A stretch of DNA of 53,622 nt from Chiloscyllium plagiosum (Eukaryota): positions 95,127,190 through 95,180,811 of the forward strand of contig NC_057719.1 in NCBI RefSeq assembly GCF_004010195.1, given 5' to 3'. The notes under the pieces are model-generated. The model did not search any database and was not told the DNA's origin. It saw only the letters and a list, made by a program, of their open reading frames with translations. Positions 13,245 through 26,322 of the stretch are shown here, piece after piece (the first letter of the stretch is position 1; every line of letters begins with the position of its first letter). The translations under genes were made by a program, and so were the position numbers.

Positions 13245-13828
13245 TTATACAGCACTTCACTAATTTCCTTCTGAAAATGCCAATACATTAGCTCCACCAG
13301 TTCCCTTGTATCAACTATATCCTCAAAGAACCTGATCAATTTTATCAAGTATGATTTTTCTTTCACAAAACCATGGTGACTGTGTTTGATTGTGTGAAAC
13401 ATTTCTAAATGTCTTGCTATTTCTTCTTTCACAATGGACACTAGCCTTTTCTCAATGACAGATATTAGGTTAACTGCTCTATGGTTTTCTCTTTCTATCT
13501 TTCTTCTTTCCCAAACGAAAATAATTTTTGAATCTATTGGAATCCTCCTTGAATCCAGTGAGCACTGGAATATTTCAACCAAAGCCTCCATTATTGCTGC
13601 AGTCACTCCCTATAAAACCCTTGGATACAGGTCATCAGCTCCTGGTGACTTGCCTGTCATCAATCCCGTTGGTTTGTCAAATGCTTTGTTCCTTGTGATA
13701 GAGATTGTTATGAGGTCTTTCCTCCCATTAGCATCTGTTATCTTTGGAATATTTATCATGTCCTCTGTTGTGAAGACTGATGCAAATTATTGTCATAAAC
13801 TATTGGCCGTTTCCCTGTTTCGTTATTA
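13245..13828 (-). mobile_element. Old CR1 LINE RT N-terminal fragment
   Basis: Minus ORF EIFQCSLDSRRIP...ENHRAVNLISV...HHGFVKEKSYLIKLIRFFED. Confidence 0.8.
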
Positions 13829-14204
13829 ATTCAACCTCCTTTACCTTTTTTTCCTATTCTTCGGGAACATCAAATGTGTCAAATAACTTTGTTGAGTTCT
13901 CAGTCTCGATCTGTCTGCAGTTTCACCTAACTGAGAGCCATACATTTATTTACTTCTATTTGTATCATTAATTGGATCTGTGTTACAAAAGCTGCAAGTA
14001 TTCAGCTAAAACAATTTATATTTTTGACTTTTTACTATTATTAATTATTCTGCTTCTAATTTTTGCTGTATTCTTGTTTTTTTTATATTTTGCAGAATTC
14101 TTGTTTATATTTTCTACTCTTTCCTGATTATTGCTCACCTTTTCACTGCTTTCCATCTTTGCTCTCATTTATTTTTGATTTTGTTAATGCTCCCTTCAAT
14201 TGAA

Positions 14205-14314
14205 TTGGGCGGAGGTGGGTTTCCTGATGAAAGGCTTTTGCCCAAAACGTCGATTTTCCTGCTCCTCAGATGCTGCCTGACCTGCTGTGCTTTTCCAGCA
14301 CCACACTAATTTTG
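14205..14314 (+). mobile_element. Penelope-derived mini-insertion, family A, 12-bp TSD
   Basis: TTCCTGATGAAAGGCTTTTGCCCAAAACGTCGATT...; flanked by CCTTCAATTGAA at 14193-14204 and 14315-14326. Confidence 0.85.
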
Positions 14315-14634
14315 CCTTCAATTGAACCTTCTGCTCTCACTAATTAAAGCCCCATCTCTAACTCCAGTTATATGACAAGCAAGGTAGTGGTCTCATGATG
14401 GTTAAAATGAAGCCCATTCCAATACAACAGCTCTCTCTTTCTCCAGAAAATATGCCAGTGCTGCACGAATCAGAATCCACTTCTCTGTCACTAACAATCT
14501 CCACATAATCCATCTGCAACACATTGCAACCCAGCCATCTCTATCCTTTAATTCATTGATTTCTATAATAAATATTTTACAAGTGAATATCTTAACTGTA
14601 CTCTCTAGCTGTAATAATGTTTCCTGAATTAATC

Positions 14635-14777
14635 GACTTTTCGGGCACAGGCCCTTCTTCAGGCCTGTGCCCGAAACGTCGAATCTCCTGTTCCCTGGAT
14701 GCTGCCTGACCTGCTGTGCTGTTCCAGCAATAAAGTTTCAACTTTGATCTCCAGCATCTGCAGACCTCACTTTCTCC
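14635..14777 (+). mobile_element. Penelope-derived mini-insertion, family A, short inverted 5' arm, 14-bp TSD
   Basis: Inverted TCGGGCACAGGCC/GGCCTGTGCCCGA; intact GAAACGTCGAAT; TSD TTCCTGAATTAATC at 14621-14634 and 14778-14791. Confidence 0.87.
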
Positions 14778-15028
14778 TTCCTGAATTAATCCACAAGGTC
14801 AATCAAAAGAGACACAGAAGAAATTGTCTTACTGCTTTCCTGTGACATTAAACTTCAACTCTGATAGATAGGAACAAGTTAAAGAGCTCCCTGGTGTCAG
14901 TTTTTAACTTCCCTCTGGACTGTCCTTCTCTCTCAGATCCATGCTTCCCTTTATGAAGGGGGGGGAGGGGGGATTCAGTGACGGTAACAGTATTGAACAT
15001 CAAGGGGGCGATAGTTGGATTCTTTCTA

Positions 15029-15265
<237 letters not shown>

Positions 15266-15306
15266 CTAGATGGAGAGAAGCAAAGGAGAGAGGGGTTACA
15301 GCTCCC

Positions 15307-15540
15307 GGGGTCAGGGAGAGGGTCCATGCAGGGTCAGGGGTCAGGGAGAGGGTGCATGCAGGGTCAGGGGTCAGAGAGAGAGTGCATGCAGGGTCGGGGT
15401 CAGAGAGAGCGTGCATGCAGGGTCAGGGGTCAGAGAGAGAAGGTCCATCCAGGGTCAGGGGTCAGTGAGAGGGTCCATCCTGGGTCAGAGTCAGAGAGAA
15501 GGTGCATGCAGGGTCAGGGGTCAGTGAGCAGGTCCATCCA
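15307..15540. repeat. ~30-bp G-rich minisatellite, ~8 copies
   Basis: Unit GGGTCAGGGGTCAGGGAGAGGGTGCATGCA (e.g. 15331-15360), in the intron just upstream of the SULT exon. Confidence 0.92.
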
Positions 15541-17359
15541 GACTGTCTAGTCGCTTGTCTCCCCATCCCTCTCCCTCCCTCTCTCCCTGTCCCTCTCTCT
15601 CACAAACCATGTTAGAAGCACAGAGTCCTCCACTCTCTCCCTCTATTCGGTGATTGTAACTCTCCTCCCTCTCACTTGTCTAAGGTGCTGGTGACTGTCT
15701 CCACTCCTCCTCACTCATATTCATCAATTGTTGGATCTTGCAAAATAGGAGTCTTCAAATGGAAACAACATTTGGGGAATGACAAAAGGGGATCATGTCG
15801 AGTGTCAAAATTGAACTCATCCTACCCAAGCTCAAGATGGATACTCAACATATTCAAAGCCAAAGGCAATAGAAGATGATAGTAGCTTGAACAAATTAAT
15901 TTAATTTTGTTGATGTTAAGTAGGATACATTTTTTTGTTCATAATTTTTTCCTGATGATCAGATAGAGGATGCGGTACAGCCTTCAGATCACAGAGGACA
16001 CGTACAACTAGATGTTGCTGTCTTGTTTTGCATACAGAGGTTGATATTTTGTTTACTGGATAATATTATTTCAGGACAACACATAAATAATGAAAAAGGA
16101 AATCAAAGATGAAATCCTGAGGTTACTGCAAAGGTGGAACTGTTGAAAGCAGTGCAATATGTCCATTATCAGTGTAACCAGTGAAGAACAATACCATAGA
16201 GAAATGTTTATCCAACAGACATTGTAGAGGGATTTAATGTTAATTGCTGTTCAACTCGTATTTAAAAAGTAAAATGTAGTGACAGCCATGCCTGCAGAGA
16301 ATGTTGTATGTGACTCTAACCAAGAGGTTATGCACTGGATGTGCCAAACGTTGAGCATCTGGAGATTAATCTTATTCTACATTATTAGCATCACAGTACT
16401 TAAGCTGCAATTTCCAGATGATGGGTTTTATCTAAACTATTGGATTGGTCTGATATCATAACTAAGAAGCTTGCACAGTAGATTCACCTTGAAAAACATA
16501 TCAAAAATAAAGAATGTAATATTTCCCCCTATTTTGTACCCAAAGCTTTGTAAGCCTGAATTCAATTTTGAATGGATGGTAGAAAACATAGGATACACCA
16601 CTGTGCTCAACATCTTATCAAAAACATTGAGCCATGGTAAATGTCAGTTTCAAATAATACCATTAAAATATTAACTATAATACAATATTAAATTAACCAC
16701 AGCCATTAAGTTTAACAAATTCATGGGGATAAATTATCAATAAAATACTTGTAACAATAGGAAAGTATGCAATAAGATAAAGGTTTCTGTATAGTTTATA
16801 TTTTGGTAAGACTTTTCTCTCTGAAGTGGACATCCAGACCATTAAGACCCTGATGATATGAAACCACATATTTGTTTGGGGCTAGAGCTGGTTGTAAACA
16901 AGTATAAGAAGAAGACCTGTCCCAATCAGGTCCGTGCTTTGATGGCATTGGTATTATTGAAGTTCTTTAGCGAGATCTTGCACTTGATGCATGTTGGATT
17001 GTTTCTAGTTGTGTTTGTGGCTATACAAATGTTACAGAATGTTACAAATCTAGGATTGATGCTGTCCAAATATAAATATAAATGTTGGAAATAGGATAGA
17101 GATACAGGGCTTTAAAAGAACCACTTATCAACACATGCCAGTAGATCTCACAGGATGGAGTCAGTCTCTGCAACATCAACACAGAATGGCCCTTTTCACA
17201 ATGGAAAAATGGTCTCAATTTCTAAATGCACATAAGATTATTCTTAGAAGAAATTTTGTCTATGGTTTACAACGAAAGAAAGGTAATCTAAATATATATC
17301 TAGAAAATCACAATGTAATTGTAAAATTTGCGGTTGATTTATCCGAGCTACTGAATGAA

Positions 17360-17575
17360 ACATAGAAAATAGGAGCAGGAAGAGGCCATTCAGCTATGCG
17401 AGCATGCTCCACCATTCAATATGATCATGGTTGATCCTCTATCTCAATGCTATGTTCCCACTTTTTCTTCATACCCATTGATGCTATTAATATCTAACAG
17501 TTTATCAATCTCTTCCTTGAATATACAGTGACTCAACTTTCACTTCATTCTGCAATCTCAAATTCCATAGATTAA
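17360..17575 (-). mobile_element. CR1 3' UTR remnant
   Basis: CATAGAAAATAGGAGCAGGAAGAGGCCATTCAGC...CTCCACCATTCAATATGATCATGG, the same motif as other CR1 tails in the window. Confidence 0.7.
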
Positions 17576-17828
17576 CATTGGCTTTGGTAAGAAACTTGAA
17601 AAAAATCATATGAGATCAGCAGAAAGCAGATTCCCAACATCAGCAACAGAAACATTTCATTTTCCAATCAAGTACTCAACGGTGAGACTGAATTCTCATG
17701 AGTGAGCAGCTAATGAGACTAATTTGTACACATTTACGAGGAGTTGGTGCTGTGATAATGTCACTGGACCAGTAATCCAGAATCCCACATTAATATACAG
17801 AAGATGGTGAAATTTGAATTTAGTAAAT

Positions 17829-18140
17829 GGGTGGCACGGTGGCACAGTGGTTAGCACTGCTGCCTCACAGCACCAGAGGCCCGGGTTCAATTCCCGCCTC
17901 AGGCAACTGACTGTGTGGAGTTTGCATGTTCTCCCCGTGTCTGCGTGGGTTTCCTCCGGGTGCTCCGGTTTCTTCCCACAGTCCAAAGATGTGCAGGTCA
18001 GGTGAATTGGCCATGCTAAATTGCCCGTAGTGTTAGGTGTAGGGGAATGGGTCTGGGTGGGTTGCGCTTCGGCGGGTCGGTGTGGACTTGTTGGGCCGAA
18101 GGGCCTGTTTCCACACTGTAAGTAATCTAATCTAATCTAA
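17829..18140 (+). mobile_element. Full-length HE1-type V-SINE
   Basis: tRNA-like head with A box TGGCACAGTGG and B box GGTTCAATTCC; V-domain GTGGGTTTCCTCCGGGTGCTCCGGTTTC; CR1-like 3' end GGGCCGAAGGGCCTGT; (TAATC)n tail. Confidence 0.93.
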
Positions 18141-18469
18141 ACATTTGGGATAAAATGGTGACCATGCATTTGCTGTCAATTACTATATAAACTTGTCTGG
18201 TTCACATATCATCCTTCCCTCTTCTGGCCCACATGTGCCTCCAGTGCAGAGCACTGTGGTTGTTTAGGCTGTTATGAATGGGTGATAAATGCTGACTGAG
18301 CCAGGAAAGCAAAGATTATTACACTATTTTGCCTCACTGATACACACTGGATAGAAACTCATTGGCGGCAGTTCCCCATACGAGTTGGGCCGAAGGGTCT
18401 GTTCCTGTGCTGTATATCTCTGTGACAATTAGAGCGGTAACCTGACGAATCCAGTTTGTTGTTTGTCGT

Positions 18470-18742
18470 GGGCGGCACGGTGGCACAGTGGTTAGCACTG
18501 CTGCCTCACAGCGCCAGAGACNNNNNNNNNNNNNNNNNNNNNNNNNNNNNNNNNNNNNNNNNNNNNNNNNNNNNNNNNNNNNNNNNNNNNNNNNNNNNNN
18601 NNNNNNNNNNNNNNNNNNNNNNNNNNNNNNNNNNNNNNNNNNNNNNNNNNNNNNNNNNNNNNNNNNNNNNNNNNNNNNNNNNNNNNNNNNNNNNNNNNNN
18701 NNNNNNNNTAATCTAATCTAATCTAATCTAATCTAATCTAAT
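18470..18742 (+). mobile_element. HE1-type V-SINE spanning an assembly gap
   Basis: SINE head at 18470-18521, then an N-run, then a (TAATC)n tail at 18709-18742. Confidence 0.85.
18522..18708. other. Assembly gap (187 N)
   Basis: Run of N. Confidence 1.
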
Positions 18743-19955
18743 CCTCTGTACTCCATCTTGGAGACTAGGTGCCAACATCTCAGGGCACTTGCCACAAGTA
18801 GTGACTGCTGCACTACTCCCGCAATTTAGCAGGACTTTCCCTTCCGTTCCCTGTCCGCGGAAATTGGCAGTAACTGTGCAGGATATTGCTCATTGCCAGC
18901 ACTTTACTGTGTGCACTGCTGGGCTTTGGGAATCCTTGATGGTCTGGGCAATGATCTGTAACTGATATCTGTGGCAAGTGTTAGAATCCTACAAGTACAG
19001 TGCAATAGGAGGGCGGTGCGAAGGTAATGAGGTGAATTACAGAGAATAAGGTGAGAAAACTCACCAAAATGAACACGTAGCTGAATTCTGGTGAAATTCA
19101 ATCCATAGTTATTTCTTTTCCAAAATTGATACATTGATACTTCTACAACACAAGCCTGACTTTTAAATAACACAATAAAGTATAATCTGTATTTCACGTG
19201 CATCATAGAGTTGCCAGGCTGAATTCATTAGTATTTTGGTGTTTGCAAAATAACTTAAAACTTATAAAACTTGTCGTGCATCTTCTATGATTTAGCTTCC
19301 TTGCAGATTAAAACATAGAAAATAATACGTTGATATTGGAAAATGGGAGGGCAAGGAGTTATAACACAGCAGAAAAGGACAGAAAACACATCACAGAAAG
19401 AGGAAACTGGTAAAAGTATACATATGCTGAAAACAACAAGACAGTAAGAATACAAGAGATGATACTAACAAAGAATTCAGTGAAAGTAACTCAGAAGAAA
19501 AACTTAAATAATAAAAATAATAGAAATCTACGTAAAGAAAATTCAAGGCATCCAAAAATTCAAGAATAATAATAATGGCAAAAAGAAACCCAAGAAAAAA
19601 GATAAAGAGAATGTGAAATATAACAAATAAGGTATCAGGAAAAATATAACAAAAGACATAAAGAAAAGCTAAATTCAGAAATGAACACAAAGAAAGAGAA
19701 AAGGCAACTGAAATGATTAGTTTTTCAAGCATTCAATAAATTTCATCTGCAACAATTAGCTGCATTGTATAGAATTGGTATAACAAAAATTGGAAAAGAA
19801 AGAAGTTATGAGGCATAGAAATGTCTGAAAACAGAACTTTAAAAATATATATATGTCATATAAATGTAGTATAAATTAAGCAGATACTACACATGACATA
19901 TTCACTCCCTTGGAGTATTATATTCTAGTCTGGGTTAGGTTTTATCAACTGTACT

Positions 19956-20060
19956 AATTCTGAGGAAAGGTCACTGGACCTGAAAGGTTAACTCTGATTT
20001 CTCTTCACAGGTGCTGCCAAACTTGCTGAGCTTTTCCAACAATTTCTGTTTTTGTTTCTG
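19956..20060 (+). mobile_element. Penelope-derived terminal unit, family B, with hammerhead-like core
   Basis: AATT-CTGAGGA-A-AGGTC-ACTG-GACCT-GAAAGGTT-AACT followed by the family B tail. Confidence 0.8.
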
Positions 20061-23000
20061 AACCAATTGAAGGTTATTTCATCATCCACTACCCCACAAT
20101 GCTCTGTGTGACAATGGGGAAGTTGGCAGTTCGGGATTGGTTACCTTAGTGCCCTGGGTATCTGGTTTGCAATGCTGGTGACACCAATTTCTCTAAAGGC
20201 TGAGGTTACCATGAAAATTCTTCCTTCTCAATCTTGCCCCTCACCTGAGGACAGTGACCCTCAGGTTAAATTCACCATCAGTCATCTCTGCCTGGGATTA
20301 TAGTAACTTTACTTTAGATATTTCTGCTCAGCTGACAATTTTCAAATAGTAATTATTTTATCTTCATTATAGCCATGTACAATGCAAAAATAATTTGTCA
20401 TTTTTTATTGTGTAATAACTTCATCGTGGCCTGTTTTACCTTGTTCTCAAATTCCTGAAAAGAATGGCTTTGAATTGCTATGAAGTTCCATCTATTTGCT
20501 GCGACTTCAAAACAGCGCTAAAAACTTGCAAGAATAACATAAGCATTGCTCAGTCTGCTTTATGGGGGTGTTTCTCCAACATTTACACCAAAGCCAGATC
20601 AAACAAGTTGGAGGACCACCACAGAAATCAACCCTCTGACATTCTGTAGTCAATATATTAAAGAATTCACTTCCAAACTAAATAATAGCCATTGTGGACA
20701 GAATAAGCTTTACACTTCTTTATTTTCACGATTTTCTGCCAATAGTAAAATATTGAGAGGAAGGATTGTTAGAGGTGGACAATGAAACTCTGACCTGCAT
20801 GCTTTACATGATACAAATGTGGATACAGTTATCTAGTTTGATTGAAATTACTTTTAAATCTATTGAAGGTATTAAACGATTTACTTGGATAGGGAGAAGA
20901 CCTCCACCTGTCAATCTCAGAAAGGATCCTTATGGCTCTCCAAGTGGTTCAGCTGGAGGTGCCTGCTTAATCTTCATTTGCTGTACAATGTTAGACTAAT
21001 TACTGAAACGGAGAAAATTCTGGTAAAAAAATATAGGTTCTCCTTTTCCCAATCAACCTGATGATATTATTTTGAATTTCTAATGTCAGAGATGATGATC
21101 ATTCCAAATCCTTTTAATAACTTCAACACTGAATGGCCGATATATGTTAAAGCAATAGGAAATGAAATGAATGTGCAATTTGTTCGGACAAGTTTACGTT
21201 TTATTATTTTTAATAATTTTTGTGTATTTTGCACTTATTTGTTAATGCTGAGGAAGAGTGTGTTTAATATTCAGGCACCATTCACTCCCAGCTCATGGTT
21301 AATTACAGAATACAACTCCTTTTCCATCTCCACAAACGTCCAAACAAGCTGCAGCCTTAGACTTGCACCCCAGCTCTAGCACAAGGTTACCCCCATTTCT
21401 TCAGTGGTATCCTGTGGATTTTGAGGTGCAATTGCTTATTTGGAATCAATTTGTAGCAGTTTTGAGTTTGGTTTATGTTTACTAGATAGAGGCATTTCAA
21501 ATTGAAAACTTTAATTTCACTTATTTGGGCATGGCTTGTACCATCTTAAATTTGTATTGTGTTGTCATGATGATATCATATACCATTTGATTTCAATTGT
21601 CAGCAGATCAGCCGAGATAGTTTGCAGACTTGTTGAAGTAATGGCAGCGCAATGATTCAGTAATTATATATGTGCTTGAACAAATGATTTATAAAATACT
21701 TAATGGCACAAAATAGTTATATGGTTGTAATTTACTCCATTGCCAATACTCTATATAATCTGCCAAATTTCTGACATCATCATCACCTCAATTAAAATTA
21801 TATTTTCAATTTAATCATCCACTGCTTTGTGTATTTTCTTCTGTTTTACTATTGATGATAGCAATAAAAACTTGCATTTTTATTTCATGAGCCATAATCT
21901 TGTGGAAAGTTATGCAGCACATAAAATGGAGCACTATAAGTAGACATAAAATTTCAAACTGTGCTCAAGGCTATTTAATTGATATCATCTTTCATGGTTG
22001 ATTAGTGCACAATGTGCATGACAACTACACTTAACAGAGCAGTGCTTTCAGGACAATGCACAACTCAATGGTATTTAGTGTTTTCTTTTAATTAGAAACC
22101 CATCTGTATTTATTCCATAAACTAGATTGTATGATTTCCCACTGCAGAGCTATCTATCAGATGCTTCTTTTAATTTAGTACATCTGTGGGCAAGACTCTT
22201 TTAATCAGCTATATCTAGAATGTAGACTGAATATTTAAATCGCATGACTTCCGAAGACACAACAGTTAACAGTTTCCTCGGTAATGCTTATGATTCATTG
22301 CAGCTCTGTTACAACAACAGATGGTTTATTTGTTTATATTATCTTTAAAACATAGACACGTGTTTTTGTATAAATGCAGTCTTGTGCTGTTTCTGTGCAA
22401 TTACAAAGTTACCACTATGACTGCTATACACACATTTCCATTAACCTTTACGCTCTGCTAGTTTATATGTCAAAACCAACATACTATACCACTTTTAGCT
22501 TAATGGTAAATCATTTCTCTAATTTGGAACAACAAACCTCCAGCAGAATGCAAACTTCCCTTAGGGATGCAATTTGTTGAGGCATCTGACTCTGCAGCAG
22601 ATGCTGTTTCTGAAATGGACCAAGTTATAGTTATGATGTAGTAGTTATATTTTATTGTTTATCTTTTAAAAATTGTCATTAATATTGTTCTAAAAAAATT
22701 AAATGTGCCAGAGCTGAAAATTATTCTCTTGCTCTTATTATTTTGTGCCAAAGTTTGGAAGGCCATTCGAGGCAGGAAAAGTGATGATCGGCCCAGAAAG
22801 TCTTACCAGCTTGTTAACAGGCTCCCAACCCCAGGCCATTTTTCGGAACATCAGTTTGGGTTGGCATTGATAAAGAAAATCTTCTATAGCTGTTTGCACG
22901 ACCATCACACAACATTCAGGCCCTCATGCCCCCAATTTCTGAGGACCACCATGAGGAGTCACAAACTGCTTCCTGCATGAGAGACTGTGAAGAAAATCCC

Positions 23001-25084
23001 CCAAACTAAGACAATCCAGCAGCAACATTCTCAAATACCAAGGTGCCCCCCTCTCTCTCTTATCTACATTGACCAGTGCAGCTTCCCAATTGTTTGAGGA
23101 CCTCCTTTAGCTTTCCAGGATCAGGAACCCACTGAATGTGGATAGCAGAACAACCTCTGACCATTAATTAGTGGGAGAACAAAAGTCATGCTGGGTATGT
23201 CATGCCCATGCCATATAAGGTTGACACCAGAAAATGATTCTGATTTTGGGGACCAGTCATTAAAATGAAAACCTTGCCCAGAATCAAAGATCCTGATATT
23301 TACTGAGGAGCAGGGTGATATTTATTCAGAGTGCTCAGGAGTGACGAAACAGCTGTGAAACATTTGGAAGCCAGATGGGGAGTCCTGGTACATCTAACAG
23401 CAGGACCTCAGGATAACTCTTTCATTCTGCTTCCCAGCCTAACCAGTGCTGAGTGTCCACTGGAAAGAAGCCACCAACAGAAGGATATAGCTGACTATTT
23501 CCTACGTTGGGTCTCAAGAAAGCGGGGAAATTGGAAATACAGGTTACAGGAAAAGGATTGAGGCCATTGGGGAAGCTTAATACTTGGATGGAAGGGAGGA
23601 GGTCAGTCACAGTAACAGCAGGGTGCAGGCAGAAGTTGTTGGAATGGGGAAGAGAGCTGTGTGATCATAAGTGAAAATTGAGGCCACAATCAGCTGAAGA
23701 CTTCTCAGAAGTAAACTCCTCGCTCTCTGTGCCATAATATGTTCTGTCAGACCTTATTTTAAGTATTCTTAAACCAATGGTTCCTACTTCTGTTTATCTA
23801 CAGACCTGTTGCACAAGTAAGATACAAACACAACATGAAACAAGCAGTTGTAATACTGGTAAATGCACGCCAATTCAGGTGTTCCACACTTGTTATTCAT
23901 TCTTAGTGGCCCCCAAAATTTTTCCACAAAAGCTTGGGGTTAATATTGAGGCCAAGTGGTCACTCTCCAAATGGAAAATATTCCAGGTATAAAGCTAATA
24001 TACAAAAATATTTCAACCTCACCCTCCCATGAATGCTCCTCTACATGTTACTTCCATTTCCAAATGAACTATTTTGTAATATCTCTCAGTGAAATGTTCA
24101 ATTTAGTGCCAATATGCAACAGATGCACAACTTGTGCTGTGAGGCTGTTCCATTCAGAATTACACTGAAATGCGAAAAGATTCACTTTGTTTAAGAATCT
24201 TTAAATACAGGTGCCAGAGATGAATTATTAATATTCCAGCAAACTGCGGCTAACATTTCAATTACAGTACAAGTTCAATTTAACTATTTTAAGCCCTTGA
24301 GTGAATAAAGATTCAAGAGAGAGGGAAGGCAAGACCGTAAGCTATTTGTTTAGCAGTTCTCGTATTGGACTTCACAAGATAGACTTTCACAGGAATGCAA
24401 CCCTGGACATTATGGACTGACTTCCCTGTCCATTATAGAAACAATTTGATTTTCAATTAAAATCAACAGAAGTGTAAAAAATTGCAGTTTCTATAATGGT
24501 TGGCCAAACTGTTGCAATGGTTTTAACCCCCAGGTGACAGGTTGAAAATGCACCCAGACTTCACTGCCATTTTAATTAAAGTCATTTCGTCAATCTGAGC
24601 CACGTGGATTTTAATGTTTCATATGATCCTCTCGTCATCTTACTTCATCTCACTGTTCAACATATTCTCCTATTCCCTCTTCCTCAGATGTTTAACTAAA
24701 TTCCCCTGAAATGCACCTTTGCTAATCACCCACAACCAATTCATGTGAGGTTGAGTTTCATAGTATCATCACTTTCTAAGAGCAGAGGATCTTTTTTAGA
24801 TTGTTTTGTTAGATTTTTTTATAGCTCTTATATTTATGGATTCCAGGTTTGGGCTCCCAAAAATCTTCTCTCATCTCTATACTCATACTCTTTAAACACT
24901 AAATAATTCTGGAGAACTCTCTCAGTTCACCTTCAGCTCTCTTCTCTCGAGAAAAAAAGCATCAATTGTTCAGTCCTTTCTGATCATTGTATTCTCTCAG
25001 TTCTGGTATTTCCTTTGTACTTGATTTCCAGCTCCTCCAGACCCTCTATAATCCTATTGCAGTAATGGACACCAGCCTATCCAC

Positions 25085-25290
25085 AGTGACACAATGGGTA
25101 GTGTCTCGGCCTCCGAGCCATCAACTCTAGGCTTGAGTTGCACTCGAGTTGCACTTTGAGGGCCATAGAAGGTGCATTCACAGTCAAACAGGTGGATTAG
25201 CAGCCTGTAAATTCTTCCAATCTGCCGAAGGCACGTGGTAAGCAGGGGAGAGTCTCCTAGCGGGCCATGCTTGATGCAGAATGGCACCTT
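25085..25290 (+). mobile_element. Old tRNA-derived SINE (same family as the 38775-39380 cluster)
   Basis: CAGTGACACAATGGGTAGTGTCTC...CTCTAGGCTTGAGTTGCAC...CAAACAGGT resembles the heads at 39156 and 39282. Confidence 0.45.
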
Positions 25291-26322
25291 CAAGCTATAA
25301 AATCTGCTGATAGGCTAGTCATCCACTCCAAAATTTGCAATGGAACAGCCAGCCATGGCATATGCTTTGTCTGTCTCATGCATACTAGACCCAGGAAAGC
25401 CTCTCAATCGATATAAGCTTCACATAATGTCTCTGCTTTTGAATTATCTTTGTACAAATGATCCCCAGTTCCTGGTTTGCAGTGTGTATCTCATTGCCAG
25501 CCTATGGTGCAACTTTGAATTATTAGCGCAGTAGTAATCAAAGATCCTTTTGATCCTGTACCTCATTTGGTCACCCATTGGGAAGAAGTTTAAAGAAATT
25601 GAACAGTTCACAATAAGGGAAGGGTTGCAGAGGGAGTAGGGAGTCCATTTGCCGCAGGAGCTTTGTCATGTCTATTTAATTTCATTGTCACATTAGCATT
25701 CCACTTTGAGGATCTTTGATCAATTACAGTGTGTCAGCATAGGGATGACCCAAAATAGGATTTTGAGTTGATAGCAGCTGGCAGGGGTCAGAGTGACTGA
25801 ATTCAGCATTGATCTTTCAGGCTTCTGCAGTCACAGGCATAGAAGCAAAGTGCAATAAGGTTGACCCCCACCGTCCCCAATATTATGTCCCTTCCCACAA
25901 GATCTTTTTCATGTGAATGGAAGGGAGAGACCAGCATCTCAAACTAAACAGCATGGAGTGGTGTGGCAGAGGATTAACAGATAGGAATGTGGTCCCCCAA
26001 ACCTGGGGTAAGAGATTCAAAGGCCACCAAGGCTGAATGGTGAGGACACAGCTGGTTAGGGGTGGAATGATGAAGGTCTCTCTGCTACCAGATGATAAAA
26101 TTAGAAATCACACTGTCACTTAATCCAGAACAATCATTAGTGGAGCATCACTAATTTACCATCACCGCTTACTGAAATGTGTCTGTATCTGTGAGAATCT
26201 TGCTGCTGCAGTAAGTGTAGGATTACCCTGTACATAACTGTCCTTGTGGATAGTAAAGTGCTCAGAGCTGATAAGTGCTAGTCAAGATTGCATCATTCAT
26301 CAAGAACATGCACTTAGCATTA

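Noticed and set aside
17829..17900. tRNA gene (also 18470, 35383, 38778-39335)
   Set aside because: A and B boxes belong to SINE heads followed by SINE bodies; I could not build a convincing cloverleaf.
18456..18721. ORFs in the track spanning X residues
   Set aside because: Artefacts of the N gap inside a SINE.
19391..19732. Hydrophobic 113-aa minus-strand ORF as a membrane protein
   Set aside because: The Phe/Leu richness follows from the A-rich plus strand; no splice or domain support.
20885..20980. Possible minus-strand coding exon bounded by AG and GTAA
   Set aside because: All three frames contain stops and there is no similarity to SULT or another recognisable protein.
22760..23270. 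GC-richer patches (also ~6185-6730, 18790-19105, 30100-30450, 40900-41275) as old non-autonomous DNA transposons
   Set aside because: Plausible from composition, but I could not establish terminal inverted repeats or TSDs, so they are not listed as features.
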